This document shows, piece after piece, positions 1 to 11,048 of a stretch of DNA of 64,000 bases. The stretch comes from Basidiobolus meristosporus CBS 931.73. Its lineage: Eukaryota; Fungi; Basidiobolomycota. The number at the start of each line of letters is the position of its first letter. The stretch's first letter is position 1. A program made the position numbers and the translations under genes. The notes under the pieces were generated by a model. It was not told where the DNA came from and searched no databases. It worked only from the letters and a program-made list of their open reading frames with translations. Location of the stretch: positions 62,001-126,000 of the forward strand of contig MCFE01000089.1 of assembly GCA_002104905.1 (NCBI GenBank), in the 5' to 3' direction.

Positions 1-563
1 GCTAGAACTGTCCTAATAGAGCTAAATTTGGCAACTGGAGCAAATGTTTCCTTAAAGTCTAGTCCCTGGATCTGGGAATAGCCTTTAGCCACCAATCTAG
101 CCTTGTACTTATCAATGGCACCATTTGAGGTTATCTTGATCTTGTAGACCCATCTATATCCTATAGGCTTTCTCCCATTTGGTAAATCTACCAGTTCCCA
201 CATTTTTGCCTTGATCAGTGATTGGGACTCCTCCTGCATGGCTTGTTGCCACTTAGTAGCATCCGGAATTTGCATTGCCTGTTCCAGATTCTGAGGTTTG
301 ACACATAAGGCAAGATAAGCTTCTTCATGATCATTGGATGTCTGCCACCAGGATCCAGGGGCGTTTCTTATTCTGGTAGATCTTCTAACTGGGATAATCT
401 GTTCTGATCTGGAACTGGTAGAAGTATCTTTTGTATCTGACTGGATTTGGTACGTATCTTCTTCATTATTGTTGATTGCATCATCAGGCAGCTGGCCAAT
501 GATTTCCGTGGCTTTCTGATCTGAATTCTTCTCAAATACAATGTCCCTGCTCTTGACCAGCTT

Positions 564-2630
564 CTAAATTCTGCCATCATACACTCTATACCCTTTAGTA
601 TCATCACAATACCCAAGAATGATCCCTTTCCTGGTCTTTGGTTCAAGCTTTGAGCGTTTTTTGTCAGAGATGTGATAAAAAACATCCCTGCCAAAGATCT
701 TGAGGTGCTGGAGATCTGGTTTTTTGCCTTTATATGCTTTAAAGGGTGTAGAATCACGTAGTGCTGTTTTTGGGCATCTGTTTTTGATGTATATAGCGGT
801 AGCAACAGATTCAGCCCAAAACTTGTAGTCCATTCCCTTATCATGTAGCATAGATCTTCCCATCTCTACTATTGTTGTATTTGCATGTTCTGCTACTCCA
901 TTTTGCTGTGGAGTATGAGGAACAACGGTCTGTTGAAGTATACCAGTAAATGAGCAGTATTTTGCAAACTCTTTTGAGCTGTATTCCCCTCCATTGTCAC
1001 TTTGTAATACCTTCAACTTACACCCAGTTTGTGTTTCTGTCATGTTCTTGAAGTGCTTAAATGTCTCTAAAGCTTCATCCTTTGTTTTGAGGAAGTACAC
1101 CCATGTATATCTTGTCTTGTCATCAAGAAACATCAGAGAGTATCTCTTGGCTCCAAAGGACAGTGTTCTCATGGGGCCACATATGTCTGAGTGTACAATA
1201 ACCAGTATTTTGGTGGTATTGATGCCTGAGCTCCTGAAACATTGCCTGGCTTGTTTGCCATATGAATATCCCTTACAGACATCCAATTTGATCAGAATTG
1301 TGTAATTTAGGCCCAAAACTAGTTGATTTTTCACCAATTGGCTCATTTTCTGTTCCCTTATGTGTCCTGGCCTCCTATGCCACATCTCCCAGTTGGTTTC
1401 ATCAGTTTCAGTAATGTTGACATGCTCAGGTACAATGATCTTGCATTGTAACTTGTATATATTGTGATCTCTGATTCCCAAAGTCAATTTTTGTCCATTT
1501 TCACTCAATATTAAGCAGCTCAGCTTAGTAAAAACAAATTTCAGTCCCTGAGTACTTGCTTTACTGACTGATAGTAGGTTCTTAGCTATTCCAGGTACAT
1601 AGAGCAAGTCAGTCAGTTTTGCTGCTGTTGCCCATGAGTTATCACTCATATTTAGTTGCATTGACCCACTGGTGGTAGCTTCCAATGCAGAGTTATCTCC
1701 CAGATAAACCTTTCTTACAGGTATAGTCTTTAAGTTGCTGAACCAGTTATTTATACCACAAATATGCTGTGATACTCCAGAGTCAATATACCATTCATTA
1801 ATATGGGTACTTGCACTCTCTTGTACAGTAACAAATAACTGTTCATCACTAGTTATATGGTTTGCCTGCTCTAGTTTCTGTTTTTTGTCTGCTTGTTTCT
1901 TCTTGCATTCTCTTGCCCAGTGTCCTGTCTTTTTACAGTAGTTACAGCAGCCAGGTTTTCTTTGGTTTTGTTGCTTTCCCTTCATTTCTGTGTGCCTTTC
2001 TGAACTGAATAAAGCATTATCCTCAATTTTCTCTACTTGATCATTACATCTGAGTTCTTCATGGAGAAGTCTTCCTTTGACATTGTGTAAAGTCAAGTTG
2101 TCTTTTCTGCTTTAAAAAGAAAGTGTGAGTGGCTCATACTTGTCTGGTGGGCTGCAAAGCAGACAGAGTATCTTTTCTTCATCTTCTACACCAGCATTAA
2201 TACTGTAAAGTTCTTCTGCCAGTGTTTCCATTCTGATAATGAGTTGTAGCATGTCATCATCTGGCTTCTTCCTCATGTTGAAGAGCTTTTGTTTCAAATA
2301 AAGCTTGCTTGATACTGACTTTGCTGTAAAGATCTTCTCTAAGGATTCCCATGCTGCTTTGGCAGTATTTGAGGCATGGATTTGTCCAATGAAGGAGTAT
2401 TGCACATTAATGCATATGGCATTGAAGGCCTTTCTCTCCTTCTCTTGAAACCTCTCCACATCTTCTGCTGTTCCTTTGGGCTCAACTTCCTTTCCTGTTA
2501 CTATGTTCCAAAACTTTCTTTCCTCAAGGTGGATCTGCATCTTGATTCTCCAAAGTCTGTAGTTCTTCCCATCCAGCCTCTCTTTTACAGGGAAGATGTT
2601 GGTATTGCTCTGTTTGCTGGTAGAAGTCAT
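564..2630 (-). pseudogene. copia gag-pol polyprotein with in-frame stop at 2112-2114
   Basis: ORFs 2112-2630 and 564-2096 are in the same frame, separated by one TAA; further stops downstream of 564. Confidence 0.85.
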
Positions 2631-2654
2631 CTTTTAGAATAGATTAAGGCAATT

Positions 2655-2667
2655 GGGGCTCATAACT
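2655..2667 (-). other. Primer-binding site, copia half-tRNA-iMet type
   Basis: Minus strand reads AGTTATGAGCCCC right after the LTR; same motif GGTTATGAGCCC at 45750; resembles Drosophila copia GGTTATGGGCCC. Confidence 0.7.
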
Positions 2668-3036
2668 AGTTGCAATTTAAGAAGTGATTTGGATATAAGG
2701 AACTTATCTTGAAATAGTGATAATAGTTGAACTGTTGTTTATTCATAATGAAGCTCAGTATTTATACCTTTGTAGAAGTAATACAGCTGTAATGCTAAGT
2801 AGGGAGGGTTCCTCAATATTCAGGAGCATTCTGTAACAGTTTCAGGGTTAGTACATAATGTTTGGTGATAGTGCTAATTTGATCCTGACTATAGGGGAAT
2901 AATCATCAGATCATATATCTGGAGAAAGTGGCAAAGTAAAGGCAGTAAATGAGTCCTACAGTGACTAAGACTAGTCTAGAATTGTTAAGTGAATTTTTAG
3001 CTGCTGAATGATACCAAATAGTCCAATATTTCAACA
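2668..3036 (-). repeat. copia family C 5' LTR
   Basis: Matches the split solo LTR at 5329-9447; ends ...TTTCAACA on plus; adjacent to the PBS. Confidence 0.85.
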
Positions 3037-5328
3037 GCTACCACCAGTGGGTCTATAAAACTAAATATGAGTGCTTTCTCAGAGGCTAAAACAACAACAT
3101 CAACTGATGTACTCTATGTACCTGGAATAGCTAGGAACCTACTCTCAGTCAGTTAAGCAATTGCTCAGAGACTGAAATTTGCTTTTACTAAGTGGAGCTG
3201 CTCAATATTGAGTGAAAATGGACAAAAATTTGCTTTGGGAATTATCAATCACAGTATATACAAGTTCCAGTTTAAGATCATTGTACCTGAGTTTGCCAAC
3301 ACTGCTGAACACTTTGAAACTGGCTTGGAGACATGACATAGGAGACTAGAGCACATTATAGAACAGAAAATGAGCCCACTGGTAAAAAGTGAGCTTATTT
3401 TAGGCCTATATTACTTGATTCCAATCAAAATGAGTGTTCGTAAGGGATGCCCAAATGGCAAACAGCCTAGGCAGTGTTTAAGGAGCTCAGGGGACATCAA
3501 AACCACAAAAATATTAGCTGTTGTATGCTCAGACATATGTGGGTGCATGAGAACACTTTTGTTTTGAGCTAAGAGACACTTTACAGCATTTATTGATTAA
3601 AAGACAAGATATGCATGGATGTACTTCCTAAAACAAAGAATGAGGCTTTAGAGATGTTTGAACACTGCAAGAACATGGCAGAAGCACAAACTGGGTGTAA
3701 ATTGACGGTATTGCCAGGTCACAATGGAGGGGTACACTGCTCAAAGCAGTTTGCAAAATACTGCCTATTTACTAGTATACGTTATCAGAATACTGTTTTA
3801 TTAATTCCACAGTAAAATGGAAAAGCTGAATGTGTATATAGAACTAGAATAGAGATGAGAGGACTTATGCTACATGATAAGGGAATGGTCCACACAATAT
3901 GGGTTGAATCAGTTGCTACCACAGCAAACATTAAGAACGGGTGTCCAATAACAGCACTATATGATCTGAGACCTTTTGAAGCATATTCAGACAAGAAACT
4001 AGACCTCCAGCATATCAAGATCTTTGCTTGTAGTGTCTTTTATCACATTCCCAACAAAAAAACTCAAACCAGGAACAAAAGAGTGGAAATGGGATCTTTC
4101 TCTGGTATTGCCAGGATACCAAAGGGTATTGAGCTTGCAATAGCAAAATTCAGAAGCTGATCAAGTGCAGTGATATTGTATTTGAGGAGAATTTAGATCA
4201 TTAAGCCACAGAAATAATTGGCCAGCTGCCAGAAGATGCTATCAACCCTAATCAAGAAGATGTGTATTAAGTTTAGCCTGATACAGAAGATAATTATACC
4301 AGTTTGAGATCAGTGCAGATTATCCCAGTTGAAAGATCAACCAAAATAAGAAATGCCCCTGGATCCTAGTGGCAGTCGCCCAATGATCATGAAGAAGCTT
4401 ATCTTGCATAATGTGCCAAAACTCAAAATCTGGAGCAGGCAATACAAAGTCCAGATGCTACAATGTGACAACAAGCCATGCAGGACAAGTACTAATCACT
4501 GATCCAGTCATAAAATGTTGGAAGTGGTACACTTACCAGATTGGTGAAATCTAATATGATGTAGATGGGTATACAAGATCAAGAAAACCTCAATTGGCAC
4601 AGTTGATAAGGACAAGGCCATATCTAAAGGAGATTGGGTTCATTTGTGACAATGGAGATCATAGTATATGTGTGAAACAGCTCTGAAAGGGTGTGAGCAC
4701 CCTAGTTGGCTATGTGGCCCACCTAATAATAGCTACAAGGGACCTGGAGGCACTTAAACAGACAAAATCAGATCTCTGTAGCTGGTTTAAGATGAAAGAT
4801 CTTGGAAAACTCAGCTGTTTTCTTGAAATAAAAGTCATATCTGATATACCTACGCAGAAACTTGTGCTGTATCAGTCTAAATACTTCAGGGCCACTCTTA
4901 GATGCTTTAAAATGGAAAACTGCCAACCTGCAATTTCCCCTGAAGAAAATAGTTTAAAATTGAGCAAATTCTAGCCAGTTTCAGGAGGATATGGCTCAAA
5001 TATGGATCAAAACTTTCCCTATCAATCAATGGTTGGCAGCTGGGTGGATATGTTGGTGTCTGCAAGTCCAGATATTGCAGTGGCAGCTGGAAAGTCAGTC
5101 AATTCATGCAGAATCATGCATCAGATCATATTGGAGCAGTGAAGAGGATTTTCAGATGTCTACCAGGTACCATAGATATAGAACTACACTACTCTGGAGC
5201 AGTTATTAGGCAGAAATCCAAGGGTTATAGAGAATCAGATTGGGTAACAGATCTGATTGGCAGATGCTCTGCCAATGGGTATGTATTTCTTTATGCTGGT
5301 GCAGCTATCAAATGGAATTGCAAGAAAC
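3037..5328 (+). pseudogene. Degraded copia pol (pre-integrase, integrase, RT, RNase H start)
   Basis: Fragmentary ORFs 3370-4160 and 4693-5348 paralogous to 564-2096 and 47542-48531; many stops and frameshifts. Confidence 0.85.
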
Positions 5329-5520
5329 TGTTGCAATTTAAGAGGTGATTTGGATGTAAGGAACTTATCAAGAAATTGTGATTATAGTTGAACTGCTGAT
5401 TGTTAGTAAAGTTGCTCAGTATTTATACCTTTGTAGAAGTAATACAGCTGTAACACTAGGGAAGAATGGTTTCTCAATTTTCAGGAGCATTCTATAACAA
5501 TTTCAAGGTTAGTACATAAT

Positions 5521-6254
5521 AGACTTGTTCTGTTGGATAGTGCCACATTGAGCCATGAGTGCCAATTGATGCCATAGTGTGCCAGAGAGATCAAGTGAGC
5601 CTATACTTGGCCACAGAGTGTGAAACATAGCTCTGCATCTTCATGTAAAGCAGCCCCTGTGTTTCACCCATTGCGCAGGAGAAAATCCATTTTTTGACCT
5701 TTTTTTGTGGATCCATGTAGCTCAGGATGTGTAAGAGCACAGGAGAACTGAAGATATGCATCTGGTACTCAATACCCATGGCACTCTGAATCTAGCTCCT
5801 GTAGCTTGTATCATGTCACAAAAATGAATGGCACTATCTTGGTCCACTGGTTCTATCTGGCACTATAAGTGCTTTGTATAGATCTAACTTTAGGGCTAAT
5901 ATTTAAATATAGTGCCAGATAGTACCAGTGGACCAAGATAGTGCCATTCATTTTTGTGACATGATACAAGCTACAGGAGCTAGATTCAGAGTGCCATGGG
6001 TATTGAGTACCAGATGCATATCTTCAATCTGCTTGTGCTCTAATACATCCTGCACAACATTGATCCAAAAAAAAAGGTCAAAAAATGGATTTTCTCCAAC
6101 ACAATGGGTGAAACACAGGGGCTGCTTTGCATGAAGATGCAGAGCTATGTTTCACACTCTGTGGCCAGGTAGAGGCTCAACTGGCCTCTCCGGCACACTA
6201 TGGCATCATTTGGCACTCATGGCTCAATGTGGCACTATCCAACGGAACAAGTCT
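5521..6254. mobile_element. Foldback MITE (734 bp) of the PIF/Harbinger-like family
   Basis: 27-bp TIRs AGACTTGTTCTGTTGGATAGTGCCACA / TGTGGCACTATCCAACGGAACAAGTCT; 3-bp TSD AAT (5518-5520, 6255-6257); arms 5521-5867 and 5908-6254 are inverted copies; TIR 26/27 identical to 12090-12116. Confidence 0.92.
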
Positions 6255-6478
6255 AATAGTTAGTATTAGTGCTGTTATGATCCAGATGAGCTTGTAAGCC
6301 TACCACCGGTCAGAGACGTGGATCATGTCATTGACACAGGTGATAGCCCTCCAGTGAGCAAGACACCTTACAGAATGAGTCCATTGGAATTGGAGGAAAT
6401 GAAGAGACAAATTGATCAGCTATTGGAGCAAGGATACATCAGGCCCAGCAAGTCACCCTGGGGAGCACCAGTGCTTTT

Positions 6479-7178
6479 GTGAAAAAGAAGGATGGAACAC
6501 TTAGGATGCGCATTGACTACAGAGCCCTAAACTCAGTTACCGTGAAGAATAAGTACCCCATACCTTTGACCGATGAGCTTTTGGACCAACTCAATGGAGC
6601 CACTATTTTCAGCAAGATTGACCTCATGTCAGGATACAACCAGATTAGGGTGAAACCAGAAGATATCCCTAAGACAGCATTCAGGACCAGATATGGACAT
6701 TACAAGTACTGAGTCATGAGTTTTGGCCTCACTAATGCCCCTGCAACATTCATGACGCTGATGCAGACTGTTTTTCAGGAGTACTTAGACAAGTCTGTGA
6801 TAATCTACCTGGATAACCTATTGATATAAAGCAAGACAGAAAAGGATCACATTATGCACATTGAAAAGGTCTTGAAGAAACTAAGAGAGAACAAGCTATA
6901 TGGCAAGCTAGCCAAGTGTGAATTTCTTCAAGGAACACATTGAATACCTGGGACACATAGTGACTAGCACAGGAGTGACCTTAGACCCTAAGAAGGTTGA
7001 AGTTATCAAGAATTTGAAGCAGCCCCAGAGCATATCAGAACTCAGATCATTCCTTGGAATGGTTTCCTATTATTGGAGATTTGTCAAGTCTTTTGCAAGT
7101 ATTGCAGCCCCTTTAACTAATATCCTCAAGAAAGACAATACCTACAAGTGGGACATAGCTTGTGAGACTGCCTTCTAG
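6479..7178 (+). pseudogene. gypsy reverse transcriptase, interrupted
   Basis: [46 protein letters not shown]; stops at 6710-6712 and 7176-7178. Confidence 0.9.
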
Positions 7179-8903
7179 ATGCTGAAGAATGAACTTGCTA
7201 AGCTGCCAAGCTTAAGTATACCAGACTTCAGAAAAGAGTTCACTCTGTGCACAGATGCTTCAGATTATGCAATTGGTGGAGTGCTGAGCCAAGAACACAA
7301 GGGAAAGGACTACCCTGTTGCCTTTGAATCCAAGAAACTGAGCTCAGCAGAACAAAACTATCCAGTTCATGAGAAGGAGATGCTTGCTCTAATAAACTGT
7401 TTGAAGACATGGAGATGCCATATTGAAGGAGTCAAATGCACTGTGAAGACTGATCATGCCTCCCTCAAGTATATATTTACTCAGAAGGTACTCTCTAGAA
7501 GAATGACAAGATGGAGTGAATACATTCAGCAACTTGACCTGGAGATTGTCTACTGCCCTGGAAAAAACAACACGGTTGCTGACACCTTATCAAGATTAGA
7601 TCAAGTTGCACAACTCAACTTGGTGCATGAATCAGTTTGGCCTAGCCTATTACCAAAGTACTTGGAGGACCAAGCCATTCCTAATGAGGTGGATGAAGAT
7701 ATCAAGAAGATAATCCGTGATGAAGCCAGCAAATTTGTAGTACAGGATGAAACACTCTACCAAATTGTTGATGGAAGCCCTATTGCCTATTGGCCTTATG
7801 TTTCTCACCTGGATTTAATAAATAAGCTACACAATGGATATGGACATCTTGGGATTGAAGAAACCTATAGCCTTGTGAAAGCCAGAGCATGGTGGCCCAG
7901 AATGAAACAAGATATTGAGAAGCTAGTAAAAACATGCCCAAACTGCCAAATCAATCAAGGCCAGCCACAAAGAATTGCCAAACTCTTCCCTTTGGAGCCT
8001 GTAAGACCATTTGAGAGATGGGGAATTGACTTTATTGGAAGACTGCCAACTACCAGGAAATGCAACCGTTGGATCCTAGTAGCAACTGACCATGCCACTA
8101 AATGGCCAGTTGCTAAAGCTGTACCAAGAGCCAGTGAACAAGAAGTTTCAAGTTTCATTTACCATGAGATCCTGATGAAGTTTGGATGCCCTGTGGAGAT
8201 CTTATCTGATAGAGGAGCAAACTTTATGGCAAAGACATTAGAGGCTTACCTGGAAATGCAGCAGATCAGACACTTGAAAACCTCAGCATATCACCCCAGA
8301 ACTAATGGAGTCACTGAGCCGTTCAATGGATTATTTGGAAAAATGCTCACCAAGTATGCAAATGGAGTTGTCAGTAGATGGGATGATTATATAGACCAAG
8401 CACTCTTTGCATGCAGAGTCAGAGTACACAACACCACCCAGCAATCACCATTTTACTTAGTGTATGGATGTGAACCAAAAATTCCAGGAGATCTCACACA
8501 ACCAAAGCTTACAGACACCTTCAAAGATGATCTCAGTAAGCCAAGTAGACACCAGCAACTGGAACAAAGATGTCAAGAGGCACAGACCAGAGTATCTCAA
8601 AGTGCAGAACAGATGAAGCAGAGATTTGATAAGACTATAGCACCAGAAGCATTGACAGTTGGGAACTTTGTATTGCTAAGAAACAACACTCGGAAGAAGT
8701 TTGAGCCACAATGGACAGGACCATTCAAGATCATCAGAGAATGTCCATTTGCCACTTACCAACTGGTGGACAAACAAGGCAATATCCGGGAAGACTTGGT
8801 GCATAGGGACAGACTCAAGCTTGCAAGACTTGCTGATAATACTGAACCATCAAGATATTGGTATCACAAGAAAAGAGATTCAGGAGAACCCTCTCAGCTT
8901 TAG
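7179..8903 (+). CDS. gypsy RNase H-integrase (open 574 aa, C-terminal part of pol)
   Basis: [12 protein letters not shown] RNase H; HNGYGH...CPNC zinc finger; GIDFIG / LSDRG / NGVTE catalytic core; GPF motif; no chromodomain after it. Confidence 0.85.
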   Translation: MLKNELAKLPSLSIPDFRKEFTLCTDASDYAIGGVLSQEHKGKDYPVAFESKKLSSAEQNYPVHEKEMLALINCLKTWRCHIEGVKCTVKTDHASLKYIFTQKVLSRRMTRWSEYIQQLDLEIVYCPGKNNTVADTLSRLDQVAQLNLVHESVWPSLLPKYLEDQAIPNEVDEDIKKIIRDEASKFVVQDETLYQIVDGSPIAYWPYVSHLDLINKLHNGYGHLGIEETYSLVKARAWWPRMKQDIEKLVKTCPNCQINQGQPQRIAKLFPLEPVRPFERWGIDFIGRLPTTRKCNRWILVATDHATKWPVAKAVPRASEQEVSSFIYHEILMKFGCPVEILSDRGANFMAKTLEAYLEMQQIRHLKTSAYHPRTNGVTEPFNGLFGKMLTKYANGVVSRWDDYIDQALFACRVRVHNTTQQSPFYLVYGCEPKIPGDLTQPKLTDTFKDDLSKPSRHQQLEQRCQEAQTRVSQSAEQMKQRFDKTIAPEALTVGNFVLLRNNTRKKFEPQWTGPFKIIRECPFATYQLVDKQGNIREDLVHRDRLKLARLADNTEPSRYWYHKKRDSGEPSQL

Positions 8904-8913
8904 TAGGGGAGAA

Positions 8914-9281
8914 TGTTATGATCTGCCGCTTGAATGTTTAAGTTAGATCAGTTTTTAGTCAAATCAATTAGTATATGTTTAGGTTATCAGTATATCAGTA
9001 TTATCTATCAAATCAGTAGCATTAGTCAGCAAATGAATCAGCAGATCCTTATCAGACAGAAATAGACATATTAAGTAGGATCTTATTGGGTGATGATGAT
9101 GCAATCAGATGAGTCATCAGCCACAACCTACATTAGGAAATACAATTAGTCAGCAATTGATCTGGCAAAATGTATATAAGGAGCTGCTGGAACCTCAATA
9201 AAAATCAGTTCAAGTTTTAGTTAATACAATACTAGCTAAACTCCCTATTCCTCTACAACTCTTATACCAAGACTTGTAACA
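8914..9281 (+). repeat. gypsy family B LTR (368 bp)
   Basis: TG...CA ends, TATATAAG box and AATAAA; further copies at 13348-13713, 15171-15539, 26543-26911, 30850-31218, 37509-37875. Confidence 0.92.
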
Positions 9282-9455
9282 GTGCTCATTTGATCCTAAC
9301 TATAGGGGAGTAATCATAAGATCATAGATATGAAGAAAGTGGCAAAGTTAGAGCTGTAAGCTGGTCCCACAGTGATCACAATTAGTCCAGAATTGTTAAG
9401 TAAATTTTTAGCTGCAGAATGATACCAAATAGTCCAATATTTCTACAGAAACAAC

Positions 9456-10689
9456 CAATTTTATTTATTGGTTTTTTTCTCACAGGGATTACTACTGAAG
9501 CATTTGGTAGTGACTCACTTTGCACACCTATACTACTTCCTGGCTGACTATCATCTTGGCTACTTGTGTATTTGTAGTCAGTATTTTGCCTCCTAGTTGA
9601 TGAGTGTGATGCTGCAGCTTGGCCGCGCTGAATTGCTCCGACTGAACCAACTGAACCGGCCTGTAGTGCCGCACGCTGACGTGTTCTTTTACTTGCCAAG
9701 GGCTCTGGTGGTTGAGGCACTTCATGTTGGTCATCATCAGTCAGTTCACCAGAAGTAACTTGCTGATGGTCAGGCAAAATGGCACGCACAGGCACGCCTT
9801 GACGCGTTGAGATGGCCCTTGGCTGAGTTTGATGTGATGCCGCATGTTGATGTGACTTGGTCCGCTCCAATGGACTTGTGTCTAAATGAGCAGTTTGGCG
9901 AGTTCTCGTAGTTTTGCTCTGAAGCACGCGCGTTGACTCGACGCAGCGCGTTCTGGTAAAGGGTGTTGGCGTGGTCTGGACTGGAGTGCGCCGGCATGCT
10001 GTGGTTGCAAGAGATGGTAGGGAATCCAGCAAGGCATGCTGGCGCAATCTGGACAATGTTGCTTGCGGTCTGTATTCTTCCTCCTGAAGCTCACCATCTG
10101 ATTCCTCAAGGTATTTACTTACCCTCTGTCTGATACTTTGGAGCTGTTGCCTGGATGAGTCCTGTGTATATTGCTCTTGGAAGCCACTTAGCTCTACTAA
10201 TATATCACGTAGTACATTAGTCATTTGAGGCAAAAACTCATTCAAAATCTCTTTGGTTCCCAAAGTTGAGGCCCAAACGGACGCGTCCGGCCCGTACTGT
10301 GCAAATTGCGCCCAAAATTGTTCCCACGCAGCTTCTTTGTCAAATCCCCTCACTCTCGGCTCATTCTTGATTTCAATAGTTGTCTTGTTATATATCTTTT
10401 TACATACATCGGCCGGCATCTTGATGTAGAACTCATGCCACAGCTTTCTACTCAAATTCTTCCATCTTTGTCAACTCTCTGAGGTATCTAGTTCTGCTAG
10501 ATTAATCAGTAGTGCCCAAATATCTGTATGAAGGCTCATCATAGACACTTGGGCCATACCAAAATCATTTGGCAAGAACTTGAACGGATCCAACATCGAC
10601 TTTTCCGGTCTGGACCGTGCTTGTGGGCTGGGGGATGGGTTTTGTCTGGGTTGTACTAAAGATGAGTTGAGGCTTGGTATGGGGACCAT
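9456..10689 (-). pseudogene. Harbinger partner protein, probable Myb/SANT-like DNA-binding protein
   Basis: ORFs 10471-10689 and 9382-10455 join in frame across one TGA (TSES*QRWKNLSRKLW); RWKNL resembles the trihelix Myb/SANT motif; long S/T/Q/R low-complexity tail; the C-terminus below ~9456 is unrelated copia sequence. Confidence 0.55.
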
Positions 10690-11048
10690 AGCAACGGATT
10701 TGGATACTTATACAGCAGTATATTGGCATCAACCTGGTCTTATATGAAATATATATGAAAACTAAAGTGATTGTTGAATTTTCCATATATTATGCATGAT
10801 GCATCTTGGATTGCATTGACACGGATCAGATCACATCAATTGCAGATTTCCTATTTGATTATAGACCTATGATTAAAGCATCAATAAAAGTACCAAGGCA
10901 TTGTTTGCGGATGATTTTTGCGACATAATGATGGGATACATGGCAATTGATGGAGATTTAACCATAATGTATTAAAAATCAGATAAATAACACAGATTGT
11001 GCCGAATCGATTCAAACCGCCTCCATATAATCATCCATCAATTTTAAT

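Larger units (their letters stand above)
1..3036 (-). mobile_element. Ty1/copia LTR retrotransposon (family C), 5' portion; RT runs off the window start
   Basis: Minus-strand order LTR (2668-3036), PBS, gag (2112-2630), CCHC knuckle CNYCKKTGHWAREC, protease WYIDSGVSQH, GAG-pre-integrase, integrase (VHSDICGP...LQSDNGGEY...QQNGVAEH), then RT start (WELVDLP-like) near 1-250. Integrase before RT is copia order. Confidence 0.95.
6273..9281 (+). mobile_element. Ty3/gypsy element B1, internally deleted
   Basis: Starts with TGTTATGATC of the LTR then jumps to pre-RT sequence; RT, RNase H, integrase; PPT TAGTAGGGGAGAA; 3' LTR 8914-9281; 4-bp TSD GTGC (6269-6272, 9282-9285). Confidence 0.92.
5329..9447 (-). 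mobile_element. copia family C solo LTR split by two later insertions (pieces 5329-5520, 6255-6272, 9282-9447)
   Basis: 5-bp TSD GAAAC at 5324-5328 and 9448-9452; joined pieces align with LTR 2668-3036; empty site restores copia RNase H W-N-C-K-K-Q-P. Confidence 0.9.

Noticed and set aside
2097-2114. gag-pol stop-codon readthrough in copia C
   Set aside because: Copia D is open at the equivalent position (ALESRAEDL) and the element has other lesions, so a point mutation is more likely.
6269-6272. Family B TSD GTGC as a decayed GCGC (CpG targeting by B)
   Set aside because: The paralogous empty site near 2872 is also GTGC and B3 uses TCCT, so there is no support.
9382-9455. C-terminal end of ORF 9382-10455
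   Set aside because: Chance read-through into copia RNase H and LTR sequence, as shown by the GAAAC TSD.
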